Positions 9,146 through 20,731 of a stretch of 52,496 nt of DNA are shown one piece after another. The stretch is from NCBI GenBank assembly GCA_012862495.1, contig BLSG01000149.1, positions 96,561 to 149,056 on the forward strand. The letters run 5' to 3'. The DNA is from Thraustochytrium aureum. Taxonomy: Eukaryota. Numbering within the stretch: the first letter of the stretch is position 1; every line of letters begins with the position of its first letter. The position numbers and the translations under genes were made by a program. A model generated the notes under the pieces. The model was given only the letters and a program-made list of their open reading frames with translations. It searched no databases and had not been told where the DNA came from.

Positions 9146-10522
9146 ATGACTGCGAGCAAGTGCCGAGCGCTCCTGCTGCTGGGCGACGGCACGGCGTCTG
9201 GGCGCGCGCAGTGCCACGCGCTGGGGAGCGCCGCCGCGCGGGCGCTAGGGCGGGGCGCTGCGCCGCACGTGCAGCTGCTCGAGCACGTCGCGCCATGGCC
9301 AAAGCGCGGCTCGCTTGCAGCAGCCATGCCTGCCTGGGCGCTTGCTGCGTACGGCGCTCTGGCTGCCCGCCTCGGGAGGCTGCCGCGCGGCATCGGGGCT
9401 GAGGCGCGCCACGAGGTTGAGCAGCTTGTCGCCCAGGCGGTTGAAGCGCGCGTGGAGGGCGTGATCGGCTGCGGGAGACGGTCAGCAGGCGCAACTGCCG
9501 CGCTGCGCGAAGCAGTGCAGAGGGCGCGCCAGAGTCCCGTGTGGAACGCACAGATCCTCGAGCCGAGGTGCGGAGTCCTCNNNNNNNNNNNNNNNNNNNN
9601 NNNNNNNNNNNNNNNNNNNNNNNNNNNNNNNNNNNNNNNNNNNNNNNNNNNNNNNNNNNNNNNNNNNNNNNNNNNNNNNNNNNNNNNNNNNNNNNNNNNN
9701 NNNNNNNNNNNNNNNNNNNNNNNNNNNNNNNNNNNNNNNNNNNNNNNNNNNNNNNNNNNNCGGAGTCCTCGGCCCCGCCCTTTTTGACGCCGTTCTGACG
9801 CCCAAGCACGACAGGTCGAGCGGGGAGCACGTTTTTTCAACCTATGGCGCGCTGACGTGGGTGAGCCCTGCCTCGCTTCGTCAAGAGCGGCTCAGCCAGC
9901 GACAAGCCCACGGGCTGAGCCACCCGCTCCTCGGCGATCTTGACGCTCCTAGAAGTCTGCTTGTCGCACTGCTCGGAGGGGACACTTCCCGCAGCAAGAT
10001 GGATGCCTACCTCGTGCGCGCGGAGGTGCTGCGGATTTCCGCGCAGGCAGGCGCCGCCCGTTGCGTGGCGGTCGGCTCGCGACGCACGCCGTCGCTTCTT
10101 TTGGACATGCTCGAGGCAGACGGCCTTAGCGTTTGGCGGCCGCCTCTGACTTGGGCGCCAGAACAGGGCAGTGGGCTCTCGGATGCCCTGGGAGGCCCGA
10201 AACAGCAGGTCGAAAACCCTTACCGGATGGCTCTTGCTTTCGCCAGTGCATTCATTGTACGGGGGATTCTGTCTCGATGGTTTCGGACGCCTGCTCGTCT
10301 GGGCGGCCTGTTGCTGTCATTCGCGCTGGAGTAGACGGTGGAAAGGGCTCGAAGATCGGCCGGTTTCTTGATGGGCTCGAAGGAGCAGGGCTTGTCGCGG
10401 GCTCGCTGCAACCTGTGTCGCTCACATTACCGGATGGGCCCCACTTGGCGGACGCTGACTCCGCCGCCGATTTCGTATTGCAGCGCGGGGCCAGGCGAAC
10501 CAGTCGCCGCTCCCCTCCATAG
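9146..10522 (+). CDS. mitochondrial fission ELM1-family protein
   Basis: Motifs GDG..SG..Q..ALG, VIGCGRR, QILEPR, FDAVLTPKHD, TYGAL, ALLGG, SRRTP, ENPY...LA.A..FIV and TGDSVSMVSDACSSGRPV. It spans a false gap (9581-9760) and a 1-bp frameshift near 10258. Confidence 0.9.
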
Positions 10523-10628
10523 ATTACGGCGCGGTCTTCGAGTTGCGCAAGTGCAGAGATGTAAGCTGTTGAAGACTTTTTTCTCACCTAGCTTCACCGA
10601 CATGTCCAGCAGATCGGGCGGACCACGC

Positions 10629-12494
10629 TCAGGCCCCGTCCAAATTCAACGATGACGCAAATGCGTCAATGTCGAAGCCGTCATCGCTATCCTCCCCGTC
10701 GCCATCAGAGTCGTGACCATCCGCGCTCGTTGACGATATAGCCTTGGCGAGTAGAGCTTCCTCGTCCGCCGTGTCCGCTTCCACGTCCGCGTCGTTGCTT
10801 CCATAGAGCGCGAGCTCGCGCTCCAGCTCTGCGTCTAGATTGCTGAGAAAGTCGTCCTCTTCCTCCTCCTCCTCCTCCCCCGCATCGCTCCCAGAGTCGT
10901 TCGCGGCGGCCTCACCACCAACACGAGCCTTCGCTTCAGCGTTGTGCGCCCGGGTCGTGGTCTTCATCAGTACTTGAAGGGTGGAGTCGACGTCAACGTC
11001 GGAATCTTGCCCATCACCCTCGCAGGCCGCCGCCAGCTGGGCGTTGTTGTCATCGCCCGTGCTGAGGTCTAGCTCGCACAGTCTGCCCGATGCGCCATCC
11101 TCGGGGTTGGAACCGGAGCTGACTGTTGCGGTGCGGAAGCTATGTGACGCGCGCTCGGGCGAGCCAGCGCCTCGCGCAAGTCCCTTGGGGTTTGGCCAGT
11201 TTTCCCGGCCCCTTGGGAGAGCGCCGTAGTCGGATCGTGTGGCGTTCTCGCGCTCAGCCAAGTCAGCGAGACTCGCCCCTTCGCATTCCTCGCCACATGC
11301 GAAGATTAGGTCAATGAAGAAAGAGCGTGGGAACCGCCCGTTGTCCACGGCGCCATCAATCCCCTCTGCCTTGACGCGGAGCACGCCGTTCCGAACAAAC
11401 CCGCAGTGAAAAGCAACCGCAAACATCGGGATCGTCCGCTGGGACTCGTCTTGGTGATAGCACCGCAGTAAGACGTCGCCTTGAAGCGAGACATGCTGCT
11501 GATTCTGGTGCTGTGGCGTCGGCCGTGCCGTTGGCGTCTCGTGCAGAGCGCCGCGCGAGGCCGGCTCGGGCACTAAGGAAAAGCACCAGTCTTCAGGCGT
11601 GTAGGCGGGCCCAGGCCTGGAGACGGCCGCCACTGTGGCGTCCTGGAAAACCTTCATGAAAGGCTTGCACGTCACAGGTCGCATTGCTGCGGTCTCGGCC
11701 CTACTCTCGTTGACAAAGTCTGGCACACCATTGACTATCACGCGCTGAAACACGAGCTGGCGCTGTAGGTCAACGCCGCCAAGCGCGGCATAGTACTCTA
11801 CGTATCTTGTTTGGGATGGCACAAGCGCTCGGCCTGGCGTGCCCATGGCCTGTGCGACGCGCTCGAGCGCCACTCGCACCTGCCCTTGAGCGACCGAGTC
11901 AGCGGCGCGGACGGGGCTTGCGCCCAACTCTTCCCGCTCCAGCTTGATAAGACAGCACGCGGCGACGACGGCAGAGCGCCGCCCACTGAGGTCGTGCAGG
12001 ACTGCGACGTGGCCGTCGCCCTCTTGGAGCCAGGCCACGATGTCGTCCACGAGCTGGATAAGCAGTTCAAGAGGTGGTGCGGGCAACACGCCAAGGTCGT
12101 GCTCCACGACTTGGTCGTCGAGCGGGGCGTACGAATACCGTTCGCCAGAGAGGTTCCACACCATAAGCGTTGCGGACGGCCCGAACTCGCCTTGAACGTG
12201 TCGCGCAAGTACTTTTGCACCGACGCATGGCAGAGACTTGGCGCTGTTTGGAATTCGCGTCTTGCTTGCGTCCCCAAGGAACCCACTCACGACCAGCCGG
12301 CGGTCGTTCGTGATTGGACATATTCCTGGCGTGGCCTTGCGGTCACCTGCGCCGCTGTGTGCTGCGTCTGCTGGGCCAGCCACGACCCTGGTCGCCTTCG
12401 CCTTCGTCTCGACGGCGGGCGCTGCCGCGCCGCCGAGCTCATCCTCGAGCGAGTGCGCTGCCTCCTTGACGCGCTCCGACAAGTAGCGCAGCAT
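10629..12494 (-). CDS. PTEN/tensin-type phosphatase domain plus C2 domain protein with acidic tail, catalytic Cys absent
   Basis: Motifs VWNLS...Y, P.PPLELL..LV..I..WL...DGHVAVLH, PSQTRYVEY, CKPF.KVF, LQGDVLLRCYH, MF.VAFHCGF and F..FFIDLIF. The start is placed at MLRYL because the upstream ORF part is a translated minisatellite. Confidence 0.88.
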   Translation of the reverse strand: MLRYLSERVKEAAHSLEDELGGAAAPAVETKAKATRVVAGPADAAHSGAGDRKATPGICPITNDRRLVVSGFLGDASKTRIPNSAKSLPCVGAKVLARHVQGEFGPSATLMVWNLSGERYSYAPLDDQVVEHDLGVLPAPPLELLIQLVDDIVAWLQEGDGHVAVLHDLSGRRSAVVAACCLIKLEREELGASPVRAADSVAQGQVRVALERVAQAMGTPGRALVPSQTRYVEYYAALGGVDLQRQLVFQRVIVNGVPDFVNESRAETAAMRPVTCKPFMKVFQDATVAAVSRPGPAYTPEDWCFSLVPEPASRGALHETPTARPTPQHQNQQHVSLQGDVLLRCYHQDESQRTIPMFAVAFHCGFVRNGVLRVKAEGIDGAVDNGRFPRSFFIDLIFACGEECEGASLADLAERENATRSDYGALPRGRENWPNPKGLARGAGSPERASHSFRTATVSSGSNPEDGASGRLCELDLSTGDDNNAQLAAACEGDGQDSDVDVDSTLQVLMKTTTRAHNAEAKARVGGEAAANDSGSDAGEEEEEEEDDFLSNLDAELERELALYGSNDADVEADTADEEALLAKAISSTSADGHDSDGDGEDSDDGFDIDAFASSLNLDGA

Positions 12495-12544
12495 CCTCCT
12501 CGCGCTGCCTCGTTGTACTGGCGCAGCTGGCCGTGGTCCTGGCC

Positions 12545-12897
12545 TGGTGCTGTCAGTGAGTGCTCCTGTTGCTGTCGGTGAGTGCTTTCGTTGCTGTCGG
12601 TGAGTGCTGCCGTGGGTGCTGGTGCTGTCGGTGAGTGCTGGTGCTGCCGTGGGTGCTGGTGCTGCCGCAGCTGTTCTGGCGCTGTCGGTGAGACCTCCCT
12701 GGTGCGCTGGCGCTGTCGGTGAGTGCTGCCGTGGGTGCTGGTGCTGCCGCAGCTGTTCTGGCACTGTCGATGAGAGCTCCTGTCGCTGTCGCAGCTGTTC
12801 TGGCACTGTCGATGAGAGCTCCTGTCGCTGTCGCAGCTGTTCTGGCGCTGCCGCAGCTGTTCTGGCGCTGTCGATGAGTGCTGGGCTGTTCTGGCGC
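12545..12897. repeat. compound minisatellite (units built from gctgtcggtgagtgct / gccgtgggtgctggt / gcagctgttctggc)
   Basis: Multiple near-identical units, including exact 42-bp copies around 12749-12846. It lies between divergent genes. Confidence 0.9.
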
Positions 12898-13100
12898 TCG
12901 TTGGGCCTCTGGCGCTGGTCTCTTCAATCAATCAACACACTGGCAGAGCGGGTCGTCTGCTGCGCTGTCTCCTTGCTGATTCCATGCCAGCATGCTGATT
13001 CTGACTGAACGTGCCCGAGGATCAACGAGCAGCTCGTGGGACGGGCGAGCGGCCGCTTCGCGTGGTGGCAGAGTGCGTGCGTTGGGCTGCGCGAAGGGGC

Positions 13101-15295
13101 ATGGCCGGGCGCGAGGCGCAGTGGCCGCGGTGGGAAGCGCTCGTGCAGCACCGCGCAGCAGTGGCAGCAGCTCCGGCGGCTGGCCTTGGCAAACCGCCCG
13201 CCCTGCCCGTGATTCGAGGCGACGGCGCCTTGGTAGGCCCCGAGACACTCGTTGACGAGGATGAGTCCAGCAGCGAGGAGGAGGAAGAGGAGGACGGCCT
13301 GGACCGCGAAGGGCGCGGGGAGTTGGTAGCCGCCTCCGAAACACTGGACCGCAGTCAGCCGCTGCAGCAAGAGCAAACTGGCAACCACCCCAAGCAAACC
13401 AAAGTGAGCCGCCTCAAGCTACGCGCGCTCGAGTTTCTCTCNNNNNNNNNNNNNNNNNNNNNNNNNNNNNNNNNNNNNNNNNNNNNNNNNNNNNNNNNNN
13501 NNNNNNNNNNNNNNNNNNNNNNNNNNNNNNNNNNNNNNNNNNNNNNNNNNNNNNNNCCAACATCTCAATGGAGGCTGAACGGGAAGAGGCGCAACGGCAA
13601 GCCCAACGCGCTTTGGCCATCGGCGACCCCGGGGCTGCCCAAGGGACACCGGGTTCTGGTGGCCAAACCGGCGAGAACGCGGGGATGTCCAGTGGAGCGC
13701 ATGCCAAGTCGCCCGACGCAGGGCCAAATGGGACCGCTTCCAGCGCAGACCCAGGATCGCAGGCGGCCGGCGGCGAGGGAGCGGCCGCGGGAGCGTTCAG
13801 CGCTGGGCTGGACGCACTCGTCATGAAGACTGCAGTGGACGACACGCCAATCGGCATCCGCTTGCGCGGGAGCTCCAACTTTACATACGTGAGCAGGCGC
13901 GGCGGGTTGGTCCCCGGGCTGACGGCCTCTGGTCCTGGCGTCGCCAGTACTGGTGGAAGCGGCACGACCAGTGGCCAGGGTCCCGGCGCTCAGGGGAGCA
14001 AGCCAGCTGTGGCCGTGGGGGCTGCACGGCGAGGGCGCAAAGCGGGGCTTGCAGGCCCCATGGCTGCCGGCGCGAGCGGCAAGGCCCAATTCGAGCAAAG
14101 CCTGGTCAATGCGGGAGCACACGACCGCGCCAGAGTGCTGCTTTCCTGGGACAAAGGATATCCCGCAATGGTGTTTAGTGTGATCAAGTATGACGAAGGC
14201 TTGGAGAGCAAGCGGCGCAAGCGCAAGCTCTTGTCCACGGTGATCATGGAGATGCCGCGACGGCGAAACGAAGTGCCTGTCATCCTCTCAGACGCCGCGT
14301 GGCTCAAAAAGCGATACGGGACCTCTTACGCTCGGTACCTGAACACAAGATGGGCCGAAGCGAGTGGCGACAAGGTAGATCCCGCCACGGCGGAGAAGGA
14401 CGAGTGGTGGGACCGCAAGTACCGGCCGGAGGCGCTGGACGACCCACGGATCCGACAGGGCAAGCACCGCACAGTCCAGTCTCTCGACGGCTACTATATG
14501 TCAATCTTGCCGTACACCAAGAAGAAAGACCTCAAGGCCGAACTAAACGAGGTATTTCGCGAGCAACACCCTGAGCTCCCGGCCAACCTGACGCTCAGCA
14601 AGATCCGCAACCTGAAGCGCGAGGTCCTCGAGCACGTGCGCAACGTGAAGCTCGAGCTCTCAACGGCCGCGCTCGCCATCATTTACTTTGAAAAGCTAGT
14701 GTTCAAGGGCGTGGTCGACAAGGCCAACCGCAAGCTGGTCATGTCAGTCTGTCTCGTGCTTGCCTTCAAGTTCAACGAGCCGAAGCGGCCCGGGATGGCC
14801 ACGCTTAACGACCTCCTCGTCGACATCGACCGCGTGCAGGCACTGTCTCCAAAGCAGGTTCTCGCGGCGGAGTTTCCGGTCTTCGGCCACCTGCTGTTTC
14901 ACTTGAACGTGGACAAGGAGGACATTTTGAAGCACTTTTCGCGCCTGCTCAAGCAGATCGAGTCGACGCCGACAGAGTACCTAGGCGATGAACTGGCGCA
15001 GTTTTACTTTCCGGAGGAGGGTCCGCGGCCCGGGGCTGATGGGACTGTGCTTGCGAGCCCCGCGCACGCTCACAATGGCATGTTCTACTACCCCCAAGTT
15101 CCGGCTGCGCGGCCGCGGCGGAGGGAGCGGCGGCGCCCTGCCGATGCGTCTGCCCATGCGCGAAAGGGTTCAAAGACTGTGTCCAAGCCGCGCACAAAGC
15201 GCGACAAGCGGGCCAAGGGGAAGGGTCGCGCCAAAGAGCACCGGCAGCAGCTCGACGAGAACGGCGAGGCCGAGCTGGGCCGCACTGGGGATTAG
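13101..15295 (+). CDS. CABLES-like cyclin-box protein
   Basis: Motifs LDDP.I.QGKHRTV, LK.ELNE.FRE.HP, LTLSKIR.LKRE and T.ALA..YFEKLV......K.NRKL....CL.LA.KFN. The N-terminal ALEFL/SNISM motif is split by gap 13442-13556. The start is uncertain. Confidence 0.88.
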
Positions 15296-15428
15296 CAGTA
15301 ATCTGTAGCACGGGCTTTCGGCGCCTTTCTTCGAGCACGGTGGCAGGTTAGCCAACTTGTGGAAGATGCTGAAACAAACCAAACCAAAACAAAACAAAAC
15401 AATGTGTGCTTGTAAACAGCAAAGCTCT

Positions 15429-16623
15429 TCAAGTGTCCCTCGCAGCGGCCCCCCGCCGCTGCTCGCAGAGGAGGGACAGCTCTTCGATGGGGGAGAACCT
15501 ACCCAGCTCCATAGCATCTGGGTCACCGGGGTCCGCCTCGCTGGCAGCACAAATGGCCGCGCTCGTGCGCCACAAAATGGCGATAGATGGGGGCTCGCCA
15601 GGCAGGACCGTCGGGTCGAGCTGCACGACGTGCGCGAACCAGAGGCGACACCGCGCGACCAGGTCTTTCATGCGAGGTGCTGATCCCGTCACCGATATTG
15701 CGCACGTTGTCTTCAGCCCAGACTTGTTCGCCAGGCCTCTGCAGCCGTCGCGCAAGACGGCCATCGCGTGCGACTGCGCAGANNNNNNNNNNNNNNNNNN
15801 NNNNNNNNNNNNNNNNNNNNNNNNNNNNNNNNNNNNNNNNNNNNNNNNNNNNNNNNNNNNNNNNNNNNNNNNNNNNNNNNNNNNNNNNNNNNNNNNNNNN
15901 NNNNNNNNNNNNNNNNNNNNNNNNNNNNNNNNNNNNNNNNNNNNNNNNNNNNNNNNNNNNNNNNNNNNNNNNNNNNNNNNNNNNNNNNNNNNNNNNNNNN
16001 NNNNNNNNNNNNNNNNNNNNNNNNNNNNNNNNNNNNNNNNNNNNNNNNNNNNNNNNNNNNNNNNNNNNNNNNNNNNNNNNNNNNNNNNNNNNNNNNNNNN
16101 NNNNNNNNNNNNNNNNNNNNNNNNNNNNNNNNNNNNNNNNNNNNNNNNNNNNNNNNNNNNNNNNNNNNNNNNNNNNNNNNNNNNNNNNNNNNNNNNNNNN
16201 NNNNNNNNNNNNNNNNNNNNNNNNNNNNNNNNNNNNNNNNNNNNNNNNNNNNNNNNNNNNNNNNNNNNNNNNNNNNNNNNNNNNNNNNNNNNNNNNNNNN
16301 NNNNNNNNNNNNNNNNNNNNNNNNNNNNNNNNNNNNNNNNNNNNNNNNNNNNNNNNNNNNNNNNNNNNNNNNNNNNNNNNNNNNNNNNNNNNNNNNNNNN
16401 NNNNNNNNNNNNNNNNNNNNNNNNNNGCGCCGCCGCGCCCTCGGCCGCGCAGGAGGCCGCAGCGACCAGGGCCGGCTGACTCCACGGGTTCCTGCGTTCG
16501 CGTTCCGCGCGACTGTGCTGGCGCCACCTTGCCCGCCACCGTGGCCAGGTCGCTCCAGCTGCGCTGCGCCTGCGCAACCGCGCGCCCCTTCGCCGGCAGT
16601 AGCCTTGGCGGCGCGGCAGCCAT
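15429..16623 (-). CDS. hypothetical protein, mostly hidden in gap 15783-16426
   Basis: Open frames on both sides of the gap (MAAAPPRLL... and ...LVARCRLWFAHVVQLDP...DT*). No recognisable domain. Confidence 0.35.
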
Positions 16624-16719
16624 CCTGCCCTGGTCCTCTCGCGCGTCCACCTCGACGAGGCGCCCGCGCTGCTGAGGGTTCCGAGTCGTTGCTTGATTGA
16701 TCTTCAATTTCACTTGATT

Positions 16720-17222
16720 GATTTCACGAACAAAACGAAGGAAGGAACAAAAGAACAACAGAACAAAAGAAAGAAGGGAGGAAGGAAGGAAGGCATGAAT
16801 GAGCGCAGGGGGGCAGAGGGAGCAGCGGGCGATCACCCCCGGAGGCCTCCCTCCCGCCTTCCCTCCCTCCTTCTTCCTCCTTCCTTCCTTGCTGCCTGCC
16901 TTGCTGCCTTCAAGTTGCCTCCCGAGTCTTTCCTCGGTTGTTTGTTTGTGCGTTTGCTGGTCACTCCTCAGTGAATGAATGATTTCGGTTTTTCTCAACA
17001 ACAATCGAGATAGTTGCAAGCTCGGCGTGTTCCTGTTGTTTCCGTTGTTGTATTTTTTTCTTTTTTTCTTTTTCTTTTTTCCTTCCTTCCTTCCTTCCTA
17101 ATTCCGAGGCCTTCCTCTTTGTGTTTGTTTGGGGTTTGTGTTTGTATTTATGTTTTTTTCATAACATGTTTTCTGTTTCTTTTCCTTTTTCCTGTTTTTG
17201 TTTGCTGTTTGTTTGCTTCTCG
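16720..17222. repeat. low-complexity purine-rich and T/pyrimidine-rich tracts in a divergent intergenic region
   Basis: (GGAA)-, (CCTT)- and (TTTG/TTTC)-rich runs read directly from the sequence. Confidence 0.8.
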
Positions 17223-17320
17223 ACGCGGCGCTGAAGCAGTAGAGTAACAGGACTTGCAGACTCCCATCGCGCAACGGAGAGCAGGACGGGCAGCAGACTG
17301 CGCCGCGGTGCGCGCCCGCG

Positions 17321-19874
17321 ATGTCGACGCTGGACGACTGCCTGGACCTCGTGCAGCAGGGGTCCGTCGCGTTCGCGGTCGGGTCGGCGGGATTCTTCTA
17401 CCTGTCGGACCAGGCCAAGCTCGTGCACCGCTGGATCCAGTACGTGCGTGAACACGGGCGCGCGGAAGCCGCGGACAACGAACCTGCTGCTGCGGCCGGA
17501 GCCCACTCGAGCGATCGCCGCGTGACCCGCGTTGTCGTCAGGTCCGGCGCGCTCGTGGACGGTGTGACCTTCTTCTTCCACGGCCAGCCGAGCGGTGTCA
17601 ACTTTGGCGGGAACGGTGGCACCCCTCACCCGGCCTTCGAGCTCGGCGAGGGCGAGTGGATCGCGTCAGTGAACGGCCGACGTGGCGCCTACATTGACCA
17701 AATCCAATTTGTGACCAACCTGGGGCGGCAGTCGCCCTTGTACGGGGGTTCGGGCGGCGAGGAGTTTTCCTTCAGGCTTCCCGGCGGCGCGCCAATCGGC
17801 GGCCTGGATGTTGCTGTTTCGATCAACGGCTGGCTCAGGTCGATCCGCGGCGTAGTGGAAGCGTCCAAGGTCAATCTGGCGCCTCCCGAGACCCCGCTGT
17901 ACGTTCGAGAACAGGGCATCGTCCGGGCGCACCAGAAACGGGTCCGCAAGCGGCTGCGATTCCTCCACCTCACGGTGATCATCTACACGTCGTTCCTGAT
18001 TTTTGCAATGAGCGGCTTTGTGCTCGACATCCTGCGCGGCCCCAGCGCCCTGAGTCTTGCTCTGGACGGCTCAGAGCCCGCGCGGGCTTTCGTGAGCCTC
18101 CCCCAGCACGTCGAGCCCATCGCCGACAGCGTCAGCTTCGCAGACGGCCAGGAGATGGTGCGCTGGGTCATCTTGGATATGAAGTCCGCTCAGGGCATGG
18201 GGTCTGGGCTGAGGCCCTCCACTTCGCAGGACGGCAGTGGCGTCGAAATGGTCGGCATACTCGTCAAGGAAGTCGTCGAACGAGCAAAGGAGCGAAAAGC
18301 GCTGGGCCGCTCGCCGAACGGGCCTGTACGCACGGGGATTGTCCGGCGCCTGGACTTTAACACGCACGGCCTGGTCTTCGACAAGTACATCGACTCGCCG
18401 CAATTCAAGTGGTTCTGGTCGGGAACTGTTCCAGGCCCTGCGCCTTCGATCAGCGGCGGCGCGGGCTCCGCTGCCGAGGACGCTTCGAATCGCGCGAGCG
18501 AGGAGCTGCGCACACAGGCGGGGCGGCCAGCCAGTGGCGTCGAGCCACCCGCGCCGCCTCCCGCCCGCACCGAGCTTGGACCGGCGTGGGCCCGGCCGCA
18601 TCCAGACCAGGTACCCAAAGTACTTTGTGGACGAGTCGTTCTCTCCTGTGATTATCTACGTCTGCTCTGCTGTCGTCCTTTGCATCTTCCTCTACACGCT
18701 CAAGACCGAGTGGCGCCAGACCACTGGAGCCGAAGACCCTGTCGTGCACCGGTTCGTGATGGACCAGGTCCCGCCGGATCTAAGCGGAGAGGAGGTTGCC
18801 CGGCAAGTCGACCTGGAGGTTCTCGAGGAGGGCACGCTTGTGCTCCCCTGGAGCTCGAGCCTTGTGGCAGTCACGCGAAACTGGCTCATCAAGACCAACT
18901 ATTTGGGCCTGGATGCGATCGCCATAAATGACGCGCGCCTGGTCGACCTGCGCGTCTCTGGGAGGTGGATTATGGGCGAGCTTGTGGAGATCGTGACGCT
19001 GCGCATCGAGAGCCGTCGCTCCGTGACCCGCACCGGGCACCACCGGGGGCGCGCGACCTACTTTTTCGATGTCGCTTTGCCTCGGATGCAATTCGAGTCT
19101 CTGCAGGCCTCGTTCATCGACCGCGTCAACAAGCGACAAGAGGAGCAGGTGCGGCAGCGCGAGCTGGCTTTCGTGAGCCTGTACCATGACATGCTCTGCC
19201 GCCGCGCGAGCGACGGCGTTTCTTTCCCGACGGATGGGCCAAACGCGCGAGGCGGCCAGATTGGCGAGTGCCTAGGGGCCTGCGGGCTGCCGGCCACTGT
19301 GCTCGTCAACAAACGATGCGACTCGTGCGAAGAGCGAAACTCTTGCTCTTGCGAGCCTTCGTGGTGCCACGACTGCCTCTTGCGTTGGTGGTTCACCAAG
19401 AATAGGACGAGAATTGAGCTGGCTAGTGCAGAGGAGGGTCTGGACCCGACTTGGCAAGCCCGATGCCCAACGTGCCGCGTCTACTTCTGCTTGAACGACA
19501 TTGTCCCAAGAGGGGACATTGCGGCATTTCTTGCCGCGGGAGGCGGTAGCGAGCAAGACTGGTCCGGAGCCCCCGTTGCTTTCGCGCACGCACCGTTCGG
19601 GGAAGATACCGCGGTTGCGCCCGTCGAAGAATCTGCGCCGCTCCTCGAGCAACCTGTCGCATCGCCAGAAGAAGAAGAGTTTGCACTGGCAAGCGCTGGT
19701 GAAGAATTTGCAAACGCCGGCGAAGGCGACGAACACACCACAAGTTTTGTGACGGCGGACCGCGAGCAAGGATTTGTCTCTGATGCGACGCCGGCTCAGC
19801 GGATCGAACTGGGCGAACGGCGCGCGCGAGCGGCGGCAGCCGCCGAACAACGGCGCCTTCGTGAAAGCAGCTGA
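17321..19874 (+). CDS. TMEM129-like membrane RING E3 ubiquitin ligase with inserted jacalin lectin domain
   Basis: Jacalin about 17519-17850 (VRSGALVDGV, FGG.GG, FEL..GE.I..V.GR.GAYIDQIQF.TN.GR.S..YGG.GG). TMEM129 features are VAVTRNWLIK and the RING C..C...A.V.V.K.C..C....C.C.P.WC..CL.RW...CPTCR..FC..DI (19269-19503). There is a frame switch (indel or short intron) between about 18430 and 18610. Confidence 0.8.
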
Positions 19875-19877
19875 CGC

Positions 19878-19940
19878 TAGCTCCAGAGCTCGCTCCAGAG
19901 CTCGCTCCAGAGCTCGCTCCAGAGCTCTCTCCAGAGCTAG
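19878..19940. repeat. 12-bp tandem repeat (ctccagagctcg) x~5 immediately after the stop codon
   Basis: Read directly from the sequence. Confidence 0.9.
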
Positions 19941-20731
19941 AGCGTGCATTCTGCTTAGGCGAGGCGCTCGAACCTGAGGCCCAGGGACATGTTCTTTCTA
20001 TTGACTTGACGGTGCGGTGCACCTTGGACTTGTCCTCTTCATTCTTTGAAGGAGCGCACGAGGCCTATGCCAGGCGAACTGTGCCCGGCACGGCGCGCTC
20101 GTATCTCAAGCNNNNNNNNNNNNNNNNNNNNNNNNNNNNNNNNNNNNNNNNNNNNNNNNNNNNNNNNNNNNNNNNNNNNNNNNNNNNNNNNNNNNNNNNN
20201 NNNNNNNNNNNNNNNNNNNNNNNNNNNNNNNNNNNNNNNNNNNNNNNNNNNNNNNNNNNNNNNNNNNNNNNNNNNNNNNNNNNNNNNNNNNNNNNNNNNN
20301 NNNNNNNNNNNNNNNNNNNNNNNNNNNNNNNNNNNNNNNNNNNNNNNNNNNNNNNNNNNNNNNNNNNNNNNNNNNNNNNNNNNNNNNNNNNNNNNNNNNN
20401 NNNNNNNNNNNNNNNNNNNNNNNNNNNNNNNNNNNNNNNNNNNNNNNNNNNNNNNNNNNNNNNNNNNNNNNNNNNNNNNNNNNNNNNNNNNNNNNNNNNN
20501 NNNNNNNNNNNNNNNNNNNNNNNNNNNNNNNNNNNNNNNNNNNNNNNNNNNNNNNNNNNNNNNNNNNNNNNNNNNNNNNNNNNNNNNNNNNNNNNNNNNN
20601 NNNNNNNNNNNNNNNNNNNNNNNNNNNNNNNNNNNNNNNNNNNNNNNNNNNNNNNNNNNNNNNNNNNNNNNNNNNNNNNNNNNNNNNNNNNNNNNNNNNN
20701 NNNNNNNNNNNNNNNNNNNNNNNNNNNNNNN

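Noticed and set aside
7860..10522. A full T6SS/eCIS operon or a bacterial contaminant contig
   Set aside because: Only Hcp is recognisable. The neighbours are ELM1-like and GT-like genes with host-type leaders and microsatellites, and the contig ends overlap the flanking contigs.
12545..12897. Repeat array as a CRISPR locus, or as the N-terminus of the 725-aa ORF
   Set aside because: The units are contiguous with no unique spacers, there are no cas genes and the context is eukaryotic. The ORF extension is just the translated minisatellite.
17014..17247. Phe-rich 77-aa membrane peptide ORF
   Set aside because: Translation of a T-rich low-complexity tract with a non-ATG start.
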